From Rhina ancylostomus (taxonomy: Eukaryota): a stretch of 64,000 nt of DNA. The stretch covers positions 22,106,962 to 22,170,961 of the forward strand of contig JARFYF010000054.1 of NCBI GenBank assembly GCA_030265395.1, written 5' to 3'. Under the pieces are notes generated by a model. That model searched no databases, was not told where the DNA came from, and saw only the letters and a list, made by a program, of their open reading frames with translations. Of this stretch, positions 25,330-38,800 are shown piece by piece. Each line of letters starts with the position of its first letter. Within the stretch, counting starts at the first letter, position 1. The position numbers and the translations under genes are program-made.

Positions 25330-25760
25330 AAGCAATTTGCATTTGCTAAGATTCTTCACAGGAGATTATCAAATAAAATTCAATCCTGGCCATGTATTGG
25401 GAAAAGTGACCTAACACTTGCTCAGAGATTTGAGGGATACCTTAAGGGAGGGAAGGAAAGGAGGCAAATCAGGTTCCAGAGATAGGATCCAAAGCATCTG
25501 AATACCTAATTAGGAATTGTGGAACCATTAAAATGAGAGTGCACAAAAGGAAGATTTGGAGGAGTATGGAATACATTTTGTGTAATCCCATGTGGATCTC
25601 CAAGAGTTTTGCATTAACAAAGGCTGCAGATATTGGGAAGTATGAGAACAAGAAGAAAGAAGAAATTTAAACTTGCAATGTTTTCAGACAGGACTCCAAT
25701 GTAAGGTTGTGAGCACAGGTGTAATGTATGAATGGAACAGGGAGCACATTAATAATATGG
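25330..25760 (-). mobile_element. L2 LINE 3' remnant
   Basis: cttcacaggagattatcaaataaaatt...gtgacctaacacttgctcagag...ttccagagataggatcc. Confidence 0.6.
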
Positions 25761-26287
25761 TGCAAATAATCAAGTCCATGCTTTATTTTTAGCTTCTTTG
25801 TTTTTTAAATGAAATTGTCACATGTCTGGGAGCTCCTGAGGTGATTGTACTGAGCACCTGCCACTGTAGTCAATTAGCAGTTCAAGTCATTTTCACATGA
25901 TTGATTTTTAAGATATTTGGCATGTATCTCTAATGTATTTTACTGTACATTTAGTGAAATAAGAAAGGCACTTTCTTTACCTTGCTAATCTGGGTAAATA
26001 AAATATTCAAATCTTTGTACAATTCTTTCATTTGTTACCAGGATATTTGCATGGTCTCATAAAATATATACAACGATTGGAACAGAATGGATTCATTAAT
26101 GATCTGCCACTGCGGCACTGATTACACCTTTTGTTCTGTATGTATTACTGGACAGAGAGTGCTGGCCTCCAATCTAGCTCAAACTGAAGTTATCAAAATT
26201 CTGTTGGTTAGAATGATACCAAGGGTGATGAGATTATGTTACCCCATCCAATTCACTGTTGAAATATGGATGCATAGCACAGAATTA

Positions 26288-26580
26288 TTCTGACAAAGAA
26301 TCCCAGACCAGAAATATTAACTGGAGACACAAGTGACTGCAGATGCTGGAATCTTGAGCAAAAAACAATCTACTGGAGGAACTCAGCAGGTCGAACAGCA
26401 TCTGTTGGGGGGAAAGGAATTGTCAATGTTTCGGGAACCTTTCCCCCCCCCACAAGTGTTCTCGACCCACTGAGTTCCTCCTGCAGATTGCTTCTTCCTC
26501 CTGAAGCATTAACTGTTTCTCTTTCCACATATGCTGTCCGGTGAGCCGAGTGTTTCCAGCATTTTTTGTTTTTCTTGCCT
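26288..26580. mobile_element. Penelope-derived fold-back element (26324-26499) nested in an older related terminal repeat
   Basis: Inner element gacacaagtgactgcagatgctgg...gtttcggg with its inverted partner; imperfect 16-bp duplication ccagaaatattaactg (26308-26323) / cctgaagcattaactg (26500-26515). Confidence 0.75.
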
Positions 26581-26884
26581 CATATTGATCACAGGTTAAC
26601 AACTTCTGCTCAGGAGAGGGAATATGATGGATTCTGGGGGAAATCAAAACAATGTCACTTACTGATGCACTCTGCTGGATTAGGTGAACAGCCCTTTTCC
26701 TTGCTGGAGCTGACTGGTGCCTTTTCTACATTACAACAGTGACTACACTTCCAAAGTTCTTCAAGGGCTGAAGGTGCAACATAAATGCAAGTTCTTTCTT
26801 TCTTCACTTCTGACTTTTTGAGGCTGAGGAGTAAGATAGAGCTTAACCCACCATCCACCCAGAATTAACAGTGATAGTTTCATG

Positions 26885-27143
26885 TTACTACCATCAGGGA
26901 GGAGGTACAGGAGCCTGAAGACTCAACACTCAACGTTTCAGGAACAGCTTCTTCTCCCCAGCCATCCGATTTCTGAATGGTCCATGAACCCATGAACACT
27001 TACCTCGTTATTCCCCTTTTGCACTATTTATCTATTTTTGTAACTTATAGTAATTTTTATGTCTGTCTTGCACTGTACTGCTGCCGCAAAACAACAAATT
27101 TCACGACATGTGTCAATGATAATAAACCTGTTTCTGATTCTGA
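26885..27143 (+). mobile_element. Rex1/Babar-type LINE 3' fragment
   Basis: LLPSGRRYRSLKT..QRFRNSFFSPAIRFLNG, a 3' UTR with gcactgtactgctgccgcaaaacaacaaatttcacgac, aataaa and a (ttctga)n tail. Confidence 0.85.
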
Positions 27144-29520
27144 TATTGCTTGTCCAAAGTGGGAACTGCCAACAGTTAATGAGCTGGGTTTTTTTTTGCC
27201 CTGAGAACAATTTAAAATTGTTATAATTTGGCAGGGATGGAGAGTGAGTAAACAGGCTTCAATGGGGTGACTTTTTGCTGGCATTTGAATGCTTACCAGT
27301 GGTTTTGGTAATTTCTAGAGTGGACCCTGTTCAAAAACTCCTATTCTTTTGAAATCATCAATACAAACACAGCAACCCATTCTGGAAATCAACCCAAAAG
27401 CTCTGACTGCACACTAGCTTGATAACCATCTGAAAGAGGACATGGGTTATAGTTTAGGATTCAAATGGAGTCTACCCAAAGATTAATTGATTTGTTACTG
27501 GTTTTGGCTAAACCGATGTGGACATTCTGCAGCTTTCAATTAGCCTCTTACATGCATTTGATCAGTTAGACCAACAGATACTAATATTTACAAAGGAACT
27601 TGAAACAAATTAACTTTGCACATTCTTTAAATTTGCTATTTATTTCTTGTTTACTGAAGCCTTGAACTAAAGGCCAAATTAACCAAATTTAAATTTAATA
27701 TTGTTGAATGAAACTGACCCCATAGTGTGATATGATATTTTGGCTAATTCTGACTGTATCAGTTCAATGTACCTGCTAGTTGATTAGGTGACGGTTTTGC
27801 AGTGTCTGGTGACACTTAACCACATGATTGCTGGATTCTTTTAAAACTACTTACATTATCAAATACCGAGACAGTTGGTCTATTTACACTGTGAACATTC
27901 TTAACTGAAGAACAATGACATTCAGTCGTTTCAAGAGTCGATGGGGAAATAGCAACGTTGTTACTTTTGCCCTGTTTAAATTCGATCAGTATAAAATGAG
28001 GAATCAATACCTTGGATAATTGATGTCCTTTATAGCAAACTATCATAATTTAAAAAAAAACCTCCAAGTTAACAATGGAAACTAAAAATATCAGTAAAGT
28101 TGCAAAATCCAAGCACATCTGACATGAATGAAAATAATCTGCCGCACTTGATCATAACTTAGTTCTGATAAACTGGTAAAACAGGCGAACTAAACATTTA
28201 TTAATTTCAAATGAAAGAAAATCTAGGCTTACTGCACTCCTACTCTCAAAAAAATTCCATAGCAATTATGCAGATTTTAATGCTTACAATGTTGAGTCAT
28301 GCCCAGTGCGGATCAAAACATTTATTAATATAAAATGACCTGACTATATCGATTTTCCCTCTCAACCAGTACATCAATCTGCCCTTCATTAGAATCGCCA
28401 GCAGGTGACTTGGGATTGGTTTGGTTTGACTACAGCGATTCCCCAACATAGGATAATTTTTGTTACCGAACATCGATCAGATCCAAAACTTTTGTCTTGG
28501 AGCCTGCCGCGGATGGATGACCGAGACACAGAGCTTCTCCCACACCCTCGCCGAGTTCCTCTCACTCCATTGACCAGGCTCCCGCTCAGATGGCACAGGT
28601 CCGTTATACCCTGATCCCACCACGTCACTCGGGTAAGGTCCACCTTTTGTTACACTCAGNNNNNNNNNNAAAAGATGACCTTATCTGAATTTTTTTTTAA
28701 ACTTGCAATAAACTTACAAAGAGAGGGATAAATGTACACCGACACCTCCCGGTCGCCCAAACCGTGCACAGTGAACCATCGCTCCAACTTCGACACACTT
28801 GCAGTTTCATCGATCTTTGCAATATTGTTTTAAAATGCAAAGCCTATTAATTAACAATGCACGGTGCGCAGAAATGCGAACCGTTTCACCGCGCTGCTCC
28901 GAAGAGGACACGCACGCCGGTGCAATCTTTGTTGTTCCCGACCACAGATGCCAATTTCCCTGATCTTTCGGCGTCTGCTGGTTTGTTGTCTCACTTCATC
29001 AGAACTTGGAGAAACACGGGCAGAGAAGGGATGCAGAGTGCAACGTAATGAACGATCCGTCATTAAGGACGCCGGGCTGTTTGTAAACACGGGTGTGCAC
29101 CGGAGCTCGGCGACCACGCTCCCCGACACGGGCTCCACGCTAACCGGTTGCATTGCCTCCAAACCTCCCCCCAGATAATCCCCCGTGCAAAACCGACTGG
29201 ACTATTTCCTGGTGAGGAAGTACACATGAGCGGAACTGGCGTAAGTTGTTATCCCTGCGCTGAAAGGGCTGTGGATCTGTGTATTACAGACTGGGGAAAG
29301 CTCCATTCTTTCTAAAGGATTTTTTCCCCCTTCTCTCTATTCTTATCCACCTCCCTCCTTCCCTCGAGTGGGATTCTTTCATCCCCTTCCTTGCATTTGA
29401 TCGGAATTTGGAGAAGAATACACACAAAAAAACCCGTCAGCTCCGAAAGTCTTCAGTCTGATGGCTAGAGCTGGAATCTACTGTGGTGGGATGGACGGTG
29501 CGTGAATTTTATTCCAGACA

Positions 29521-29524
29521 AAGA

Positions 29525-29561
<37 letters not shown>

Positions 29562-29657
29562 GGAGATAGGGGGGAGAGAGAGGGAGGGAGGGAAGGAGAA
29601 AGGGAGAAGGGGGCTCAGGCAGACACAGCCAGAAGGAGGGGGAGAGAGGGGAAGAGG
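29521..29657 (+). repeat. (GA)n / polypurine tract in the promoter
   Basis: agagagagag...gagggagataggggggagagagagggagggagggaaggagaaaggg; almost purely purine on the + strand. Confidence 0.9.
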
Positions 29658-30133
29658 NNNNNNNNNNNNNNNNNNNNNNNNNNNNNNNNNNNNNNNNNNN
29701 NNNNNNNNNNNNNNNNNNNNNNNNNNNNNNNNNNNNNNNNNNNNNNNNNNNNNNNNNNNNNNNNNNNNNNNNNNNNNNNNNNNNNNNNNNNNNNNNNNNN
29801 NNNNNNNNNNNNNNNNNNNNNNNNNNNNNNNNNNNNNNNNNNNNNNNNNNNNNNNNNNNNNNNNNNNNNNNNNNNNNNNNNNNNNNNNNNNNNNNNNNNA
29901 AATTGTGGTCGTGGTTATTGTGGATTCCGGGAGATTACTGCTGCTGAAACTATTGGGGGAATTTTTTTTTAAAAAAAAACAAGTCGTGTCTCATCTGGGG
30001 GAAAAAGTGTTATTATAGAATCAACGTCAGTCTGCACTGTGGAGACCTGGTCAATTTCACTTGAGAATTTGGTCAATTTCACCTGGGGATTTTCTTGTCA
30101 ATTTTACTTGGAATTTTGTCATTTTCTGTCCGG

Positions 30134-30175
30134 ATGGTCGGCTCGCTTGGAATTATTATGGGAATATTGGAATAA
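30134..30175 (+). other. Upstream ORF (MVGSLGIIMGILE*) in the putative 5' UTR
   Basis: ATG at 30134 plus an in-frame ATG at 30158 (attATGg), stop TAA at 30173-30175, about 200 nt before the main ATG. Inclusion in the mRNA is inferred. Confidence 0.5.
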
Positions 30176-30230
30176 TTTCTCCATCCAAGTTATAAACGGA
30201 TTCTTCTCTTGCGGATTTCTGTCCCGGTGA

Positions 30231-30680
<450 letters not shown>

Positions 30681-33600
30681 TAGATTATGCAAATCATTGC
30701 CTCCTTGAGACTGGAGTTTTGGATGTGGCTCAGCTTTAAAAGAGAGCCCATAATGACCCTTCATTATCATGGCAAAATATGTTGTAAATGATTAACACCA
30801 CTTTAGGTTGTTTGATTGAACTGTTCTCTCAGTTATCATGGAAAGCTTAGAGTTTCTGGTTAGGTTGTTCTCTGTTCTCTGGACTGTTTCCTCCTGTCTG
30901 CACCTAATTCACTTTCCACCCCATCTCCAAAGACTGAAATATTTTAATATGTGAAAGCAATGTTGATATTTAGTAGTGGGTGCTAAGAGTGCAGCTTGTT
31001 AATATTCTTGTTCCTCTTTTAACCTACGTGTTATTGTGAAATAGGCCTTTCCATTGTAATTTGCTAAATTAATAATGTTCAGTCACTTTCCTATAGACTA
31101 CAGTTGGCAAAAATGAGTAGTGACTGGGAAGGTTGAAAAGCCACCAACTAATGTATTGGCATTGATTTGGAGGTCAACAGAGCTGGAAAAGGTGCAAAAA
31201 AAATTCTCTCAGTGAGAGGAATGGATTATAATGCCCTTATTTGATTAATAAAAATCACAATGAATAGTGATTTATGAATTGNNNNNNNNNNNNNNNNNNN
31301 NNNNNNNNNNNNNNNNNNNNNNNNNNNNNNNNNNNNNNNNNNNNNNNNNNNNNNNNNNNNNNNNNNNNNNNNNNNNNNNNNGAATTGATGTTACGGAATA
31401 TTGAGAGGGGGAAATAGCATCTGGGAGTCAAGCAAGCTCAGGAGAAGTTACGTTGAAGATGTGATCAGGGTTTTGCATTCATGAAAAAAACTATTAGTGT
31501 TGCCAGAATCCTCAGTAACGGTTGGCACTCTACAGTAAACTGTGGTTGGGTGCCTCCTGTTTCAGTAGGATCAGCACCATTTACTTAGCGTTGGATGCAT
31601 TCCCCTCCATCGGTACCAACTGAGAAACAAAAGTAAATAGCCTCAGTCCAGAAGTGTTTGCTTGCTTAATCCAGCACTAGTGGATGAAATGCCACTTAAA
31701 TTATTGCTTTACTTAAGTCTCCAAAATTACCAGTATTGATTTGTTTATACTCTGTATTTCCTGCAGTTCGTTCATTTAAATGTGTCTTTATATGCTTTCA
31801 GACCAAATTATAGAACTTTTTTTTTATTCCTTTTATTACTAAGGAGGAATGTAATTTTCTTTCTTTCACCATAATGTTAATACATTTGTGCTGGAGGTGG
31901 GACATAGCCCCTTGGAGCATTTCCAGAAGTTTTTATTTATAATCTTGTGCACTACAGTATCACAGACCCTGTGCAGAAATAGGCTGACTTACTGCTTGTG
32001 ATACTGATGGCTCTTTTATGTGTATTGTTTACATGCTGTCCAAATTGCATGTTTCTTTTCTTCAAAATGAAGCATACTTTTTAAACCATCAGATCATGTC
32101 AGTGACATCTATAGGAAGAAATGGTTATTTGCTCCAGAATAACATTTGGCAGAGTTTCATTTTATTTCAAACCTCTTGTATGTGATAAAATTGTATTTAG
32201 AATGTATTTTGAAAACTAAGGTGAAATTTTGGTTGCTATTGTGTCCTTCATATGAGGTGCAACATGCATTTTCTGTGAACTATTTACTTAACAGATGGAA
32301 ACAGTGAGTTAACATTGCTATGCAAAATTACACTGTAATGGATTGTTCCAATTATTGTTCTTATTGCTTGTGTTAATTTAGAGTTTCCTTAAGGAGAGAG
32401 AAGGGACAGTAAGAAATTATAATCATATTTCATTCATCCCATTGCGTAGAAAGTTATCTTAACCATAGTAATGGAATATGCATATGTTGCTTGCCGTTAG
32501 TGTCTTCACTTTGCAAATTCATAGTGAAGTCTTGCGGCCTGTTTATTGTTGATCTGCTTGGATGATGTCTCGATGTTGGTATTTATGAAATATTATACAT
32601 TGTTGTTGCTGCAAAAGCTGTGTTCTCTCTCATTTTATTTATGGGATTTCCTATTTGAAATGTCAGACCTACATTGAAAACCTGGCAAACTCTTTAGAGT
32701 TGCATTGATTAACTTGATCAGCATTGGATCCATAGTAAGGAAAATAAATGATGAGAAAATAATTGATTCATTGATATGATGGTGAGGTCTGTCAGTGTCC
32801 AAGCCACAGTTCTGTATGTGCAACTTGTTTTGCTAATGTAGATCTTGCTTTCCAGGAGCTGGCAATTGCAATTCACTGCAATTACAGAACCAATTAATGA
32901 GTTTCTGTAATGGTGTTAATGGACAATGATCCTTTACTAAAATTACTGACTTTATAAATATCTGTTGGGTATTGCTAGATCTTGCCCCTCTGGAATAATA
33001 AGTGAATAAAACCTTATTTTATCTTTCTGTTGACTCAGCAGCTTAAATATACTTCAGGCATGGGGAAAAATTTCAAACAGTCGTGCTCTGAGAAATTAGT
33101 TTAAAACACAGCTCTTAATGAGTCAGTGTTACTTGGTTAATTACTAAGTCTTTTAACAAGTGTTGCACCATAGATATGATTTCATGCACTCTGCCAGGAT
33201 ATTTAATTGTGTTTTATTTAACTAAGTACGGAAAAACTCTTTTTCTTCACCTAAGTACCTACTTAGTTGGCTCCTTGAGGCTGTAATAAAATGGCACTCT
33301 CCTTCCCTGACAATTTTTGTACCATGTCCATTCTTCTGCAATGCTCCTAATTATTTAACAAAATGTAGCTCCAGAGTTTGCAGTTATCCTCATGAGAATG
33401 AGTCAACTTTTGGTTTAAAATTATTTCAAGCATTGTGTTCCCTCTTCTAAGACCACCATAGCTAAAGAGTTGCCTGTTGTGGCACTTTAAGTTGTTTGTG
33501 CTTGTATTATTAATAATGTGTCATTTAAGAGTTCTGCAATGTTGAAACACTCAGTCAGTTGTCCAGATGGTTTTGTCTAGGCAGTATCCAGGATTCACTT

Positions 33601-35529
33601 GCACTTTATAAAATGGGTAGAAGGGTGAGGCAGTGAAAATTTGTCTTATTCTTGCAGATTGTGGATCCAGACCTATAAAGTTGATTTTTTTTTCAGTTGA
33701 GCACTATCTTTTGATTGTAATGGATCAATAGTTATTTTGTAATGACATGGATAACATTTATGCCAGCCAACATGCGCATGCATATATATATAAAAAAAAG
33801 AAAATCTCAGTGAGGGTTCAGATTTGCTAATAATAAAAGGGAGGGTGATTTTTATAATGAGCTATTATATTGTTTAATAAGATGTTGTTAACAGAACTGC
33901 AATAAACTGCATGGCTTTCACAAACCTCCCACAATAAGATCTGAATAACATGAGTATGTCATAAAAGGACTTTACTACAGTGAGAAAAAGCAATTTATAT
34001 TTAAATTTATTTTTTATTTCTAAGTATATCAGAAATTGCTGTTATTTTTGGTGAGAATTGACTGTTCCCTTTTTAGTGTAATTTATTCAGAGTTAATGGG
34101 GACACAACCTTCCAGTAATCGCACTACAGTGTAGAGATGTTAAATCTTTTCCTTACTTGGGATGCATTTTTTTTCCCAGTATGGTGTTCCACTGTGATTT
34201 AAAAAAAAGCCTCCTTTTACACTTCAGCATTGCATGAAAAATCTAGAATTTACACGCTTGGTTGAAAATGCAACTAAAAATATGAAGATTGTATTTGAGG
34301 CATTGATCAAAAGCAGCCCTGCAGAGAACAGATCCAGTAATTTTGTGTAGCACGTTATGCACAGATTTGCTAGCCAGTCAATAATGTACTGAATGCAGAC
34401 AAGATGTGGGATATAAATTCAATTATTTGAGTTGTGCTTTACCCGTCTATGCAAAACGAAGGAGTTTTTGTCGCTCAGCACTGTGACCCGTGCAATGTTT
34501 GGAGGACCAATTGTAAATTCTCATTGTTTTGCTGTCTGCTGTAATCTGACTTAAAGCATTGTTAACGCAGCATCGAGGGTGTTTAATGTGGAATGGCAGG
34601 AAACACTGAGCACCACACATGTAAAATCTGTATTTTAAAATGTTGTGAATGGGGAAACCCTTCATAGTGCCTCAGTTTAAGATGCAGTATTTTTCTTTTT
34701 TCCAGCTTGTTACTCACTATTGTGAATACATCAGTAATCCATAAGAATGTATACTTTGCTATGTTGTGTAAGAATGCATTAATTGATGTTATAGAAACCA
34801 CTGTTCAGATTAATATCTACAATATTACAGCTTCACTATAGCACTTTGTTGAATCATCTGAAGCCCTTAATGGCTTATTGTGCTCCACTCTATTTCCAAT
34901 TATATTTATCCTGGCTTGATAGTTGCTTGTGGGTAATAACTTTGCTTTCTTTATAATGTTACATTCCTGATCTCACAATCATTTCCTCGTGTTGTGATTA
35001 AAAAGAGATTTGCTGTAGCTTTCAATAAATTTCATCGCCATAATTTTAAATACATTTTGTTCCCATTTTAAATGTGTACATTTTTATTGTAAAAGACACA
35101 ACTGAAACAGGAAGACTATTTCACTTGCAAGACCTCTTAACTCAAATGATTCGCACACTTGGGTGATGAGATCTTCATTTGGGAAATAAATAGACCCTCT
35201 GGATGCCACACATTGTAAAACAAAACAAAGTTTCATCAACATTTTAAAGACAACTGCTTGACAAATGACTAGATGCAATGACATTTCAGAGTTCGACAGG
35301 GTAATGTAATCACCTGGAAATTTGGCACCTTGTTCTTCTTGCCCTTTAAACTCTCTCCACCAAGCAAGGATCTTATTCATTTTGGTGGTGTTTCTCAGCA
35401 GATTTCTCCACCTCTTTGCAATTGATTTAACAAGATAAAGGGTTAGAAAATGCTGCTGGCGCTGATTCCATTTTTTTTGTATGGTGTGTAAACTAACTGC
35501 AGCATTTGAATGTATTTTGATGGGGGACA

Positions 35530-35810
35530 ATGTCAGCTGGCAATGACTTTTGTTGATGCAGGCAGAGAAGGTGCCCTTGAGAAGGTGGTTCGAGTCATCT
35601 ACTTGAACTGCTGCTGTCCTTGTGATGAATGTACTCCCACAGAGCTGTTGGGTCACAGGAATTAAACACAGTGATGGTGAAGAGACAGATGGGGTGTGAT
35701 TGGGAGGGGAACCTGTAGGCATCCCAGTGTACTTGTTGCCTTTTGCTTTTCTAAGTTGTGGAACTTGTGTGTAAGGGAGCTGCAGTTGAAGAAGCCATGG
35801 TGAATTATTG
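35530..35810 (-). mobile_element. Family B LINE 3' remnant
   Basis: tgcccttgagaaggtggt...ttgaactgctgc.gtccttgtgatgaatgtactcccacagagctgttggg; reverse of the family B tail. Confidence 0.7.
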
Positions 35811-38800
35811 TTTAGTTGATTATTGTTTCACACTGTTTGAATAGATTAGATTTCTGCAATATTAATTAATCTCTCTTGAATGGAGGTGTTTCAAAATATC
35901 ATGCTGTAACAACAAGTACTGTTGTTAACTGGCATTTCAGTTATTCTGATTGACATCTAATCTGCAAGAATAACATGCAAACACACCCTGAAATATGAAA
36001 ANNNNTTCAATAATGGTGATTGTAAATCTTGCTTTACTTGTGTACGGCACTTTGAATTGTATAACATTGGTGAAATAGGGTGAAGTTGGCTCATTTTGTA
36101 GGACCACACTCTTTCGCTACATTGATTGTGAGTGTAAATCTCATTCCAGAAGTTGAGCACACGATTCAATGCAGTGTAGTGTTGAACAGTCCACTGGTGT
36201 TTAAACTGAGTTCTTATTTCATTGCATTGAAGCTCTTACATAAGTGGAAATTGTCACTGTCCAATAATACTAGATCCTGAAATAATTCACTCAAGCATAT
36301 TATCAAAATATTAAAGCAGATTGATTAAACTTACTTTTCACCTATGGATACATTTTCCTGTAATGCTGGGTTTGAATCCTTCTGGTTAATGCTGAGGCTT
36401 TCTCCCTATGAAGCACAGTCACAGACATTTTTGTGAACAGATGAGTATTTTGGATCAGGACAAATGTCTTTTACCTCTGTCCCATATAAAATTGTAGATG
36501 GCTATGTGCTAATTCATGGATATTCCAAAAGTTGCCTTATTATCATCACTTGACAAATTTTATTGCTATGGGAATGTCCTGTGGATAACATGCCTAATTA
36601 GTCTGTTGATACCAGTACATTGTAGGAAGAACTGGACATATTTGATTATTTCCCCTCACTATAATATATTAATAACCTGCTCTAATATAGTATTAATAAA
36701 TTCCTTGTGTGATAGTTTTAATTTCTCACCACAAAATATTTCACTATTACTAACATTAGCGCTGCATTTGAGAAATCCTTGTGCTATCCAACTCTACTGG
36801 CATAAAGCTGCCTTTGGGATCAAATTTTCATTTGTTCTACTGAGTATTTCCAATTGCTGCAATGTGTGAATGAGCTTGGTCCCACAGTTAATAAATTCCT
36901 TGTGGAACTACTATTTGCTGTGTAAACTATTCTTGCCTGGAGTCTGCAGAATCTAAAGCAACCCTGTAATTGTGTCCAGTTTTTAAATTTTCTATTCAGA
37001 TCAATGGGATAATTTGCAGAAATGAGATTGGTTTATCCTGTGCAGCAGGAAGATGGGGCAACTTTAACTGTGATCTCACTGAAAGGATTCCCAGGTTGAT
37101 TTTGATCAGTCTTTGAACACAACAGTGTTGCACAAAGAAGGATCACATTGCATCTGACTTGCCTTCTTCCAACCAGAAATCCTGGTCCATCCAGCATAAT
37201 TGTTGCTATTATTGATATGCACTGCAATGTAGATGGGTCACAAAAAATCCTATTGCAAATAACTTCAGTTTATAGCACAGAAAAACTGAAGTAAGGACAG
37301 ACTTCAGGCAGGTATTATTTTAATCTGTACAAGGTGATCTTGAATGAAATGCTGAGTGTATCCTGATGTCTTCCAGCCAAACTGGATTTTTAGAAGCATC
37401 CTTTCAACTTGAGCTTCAATTTGTTTTTACAAGTTACATTGCCTTGAAATATTGTTAATGTTTGAACAGTTTTTAAAAAAAATATCAATTATGAATATGT
37501 CCATTTCACTGCTTGCAACTCAGTAGGTGAACAATGCAGGCAGATGTGTTGATTAGGGATTAGTTTGTAACCTTTAGTAAAGCCAGATGCTGTTCTGTAA
37601 TACTATCAGAATAAGAAGGCAAAATTTGCTGGATTAACACTGTATCTCCATCAGCATCTGAAGGAGAAGTAAGACTTCATTTTTATTGCCATAAATGTAT
37701 ATCGTAGAAGAATTTAGTTTCCAGCCTGCTGAAGAAAAATATTTCCATGAAAAATATGTGCAAAGTTAATTTAATTCCCATCATTACAACAATAACTAAA
37801 ATCGAAAGTATTGGCTGTATAACATGCTTTGGGACATCTTGAGGTTGTGAGAGGGACTACATAAATGGAAGTTTGTTCTTTCAATAATGACCTAATTGAT
37901 TTGCAAAAGAGTCTGTTGATTCAGTTAATATGGTTTAATCACTTTAAAGAGCAAATTTCACTGATTGGAGGCATTTTCCAAAATAATACAATGCCAAAGT
38001 ATTTCTGACCTACGTTTAAGACATGCCTGTGAATTGAATGCTCTTTGATGGAACATTGGGCCTTTTCATGTGTCGTTTTTATAAACTTGTACGTGGAGGA
38101 GGATGCAAAGGTCCGTACAGTATCTACATGAGCACTTGCTGGTTCCAAGAGTTGACTGATCTGATTTTATTTTCTTCTGAAAATGATCAACACCAGCTGT
38201 AGCCTTTAATCAAAATACAGATCATTGCCCACCTACCTGTGTTGTCCAACAGGGAGGGGTAGTAATTCTATTTTGCGGTTAATGCATAAAAAATATTAGG
38301 TTTATCACGCTGCTGAGTGAAATCAAATAAAGCGCTGACGATAGTTAATGTGGCGAGCACTGACAACACAAATAACAGGAGGCAATTTGATGCTTGAATC
38401 AGCTGTATGCATTTAAACAATATGCCTTGATGATGAATTTCATGCACTATAATGGAAGTGTCAAAGTGGTTTTGTGGTGCTTTCCCATACTGTTGGTCTT
38501 GGGCTGTGTTTCCACATTTATGAAAAGTCAACAGTCATTTAATGCCCATGTCTCCAAATAATAAAAGCGCTGAATATTTCTTGTTAGAGATGTATCTACT
38601 TAATAGGATCCACTATCTGTATTTAGACATAGACTTGTACTATTGAATCAAATGCAACAGCTGACTTGTGCACCAGATGCTAGTTTGGGGTCTCTTCACG
38701 GTTAATCGTCAGAAAATGCAGTGACAAAGCCTGGATAATTTCTGCATTTTATCATTAGTGTAAAAATGCATCAAATGGCTACTTGTAGATCTTTTGTTTT

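Noticed and set aside
28851-29178. Overlapping ~100-aa ORFs on both strands
   Set aside because: GC-rich island sequence is stop-poor; no recognisable protein and no supported exon structure.
29502-29972. 156-aa ORF in the promoter
   Set aside because: GA repeat plus 242 Ns; not evidence of coding.
32881-32911. Small inverted repeat attacagaa...ttctgtaat (similar one at ~8691-8719)
   Set aside because: Stems of 8-9 bp are expected by chance in 64 kb of AT-rich DNA.
35084-35722. Longest ORF in the track (212 aa, minus strand)
   Set aside because: It starts inside a decayed family B LINE tail, runs into AT-rich intron and has no recognisable domain; most likely a chance ORF.
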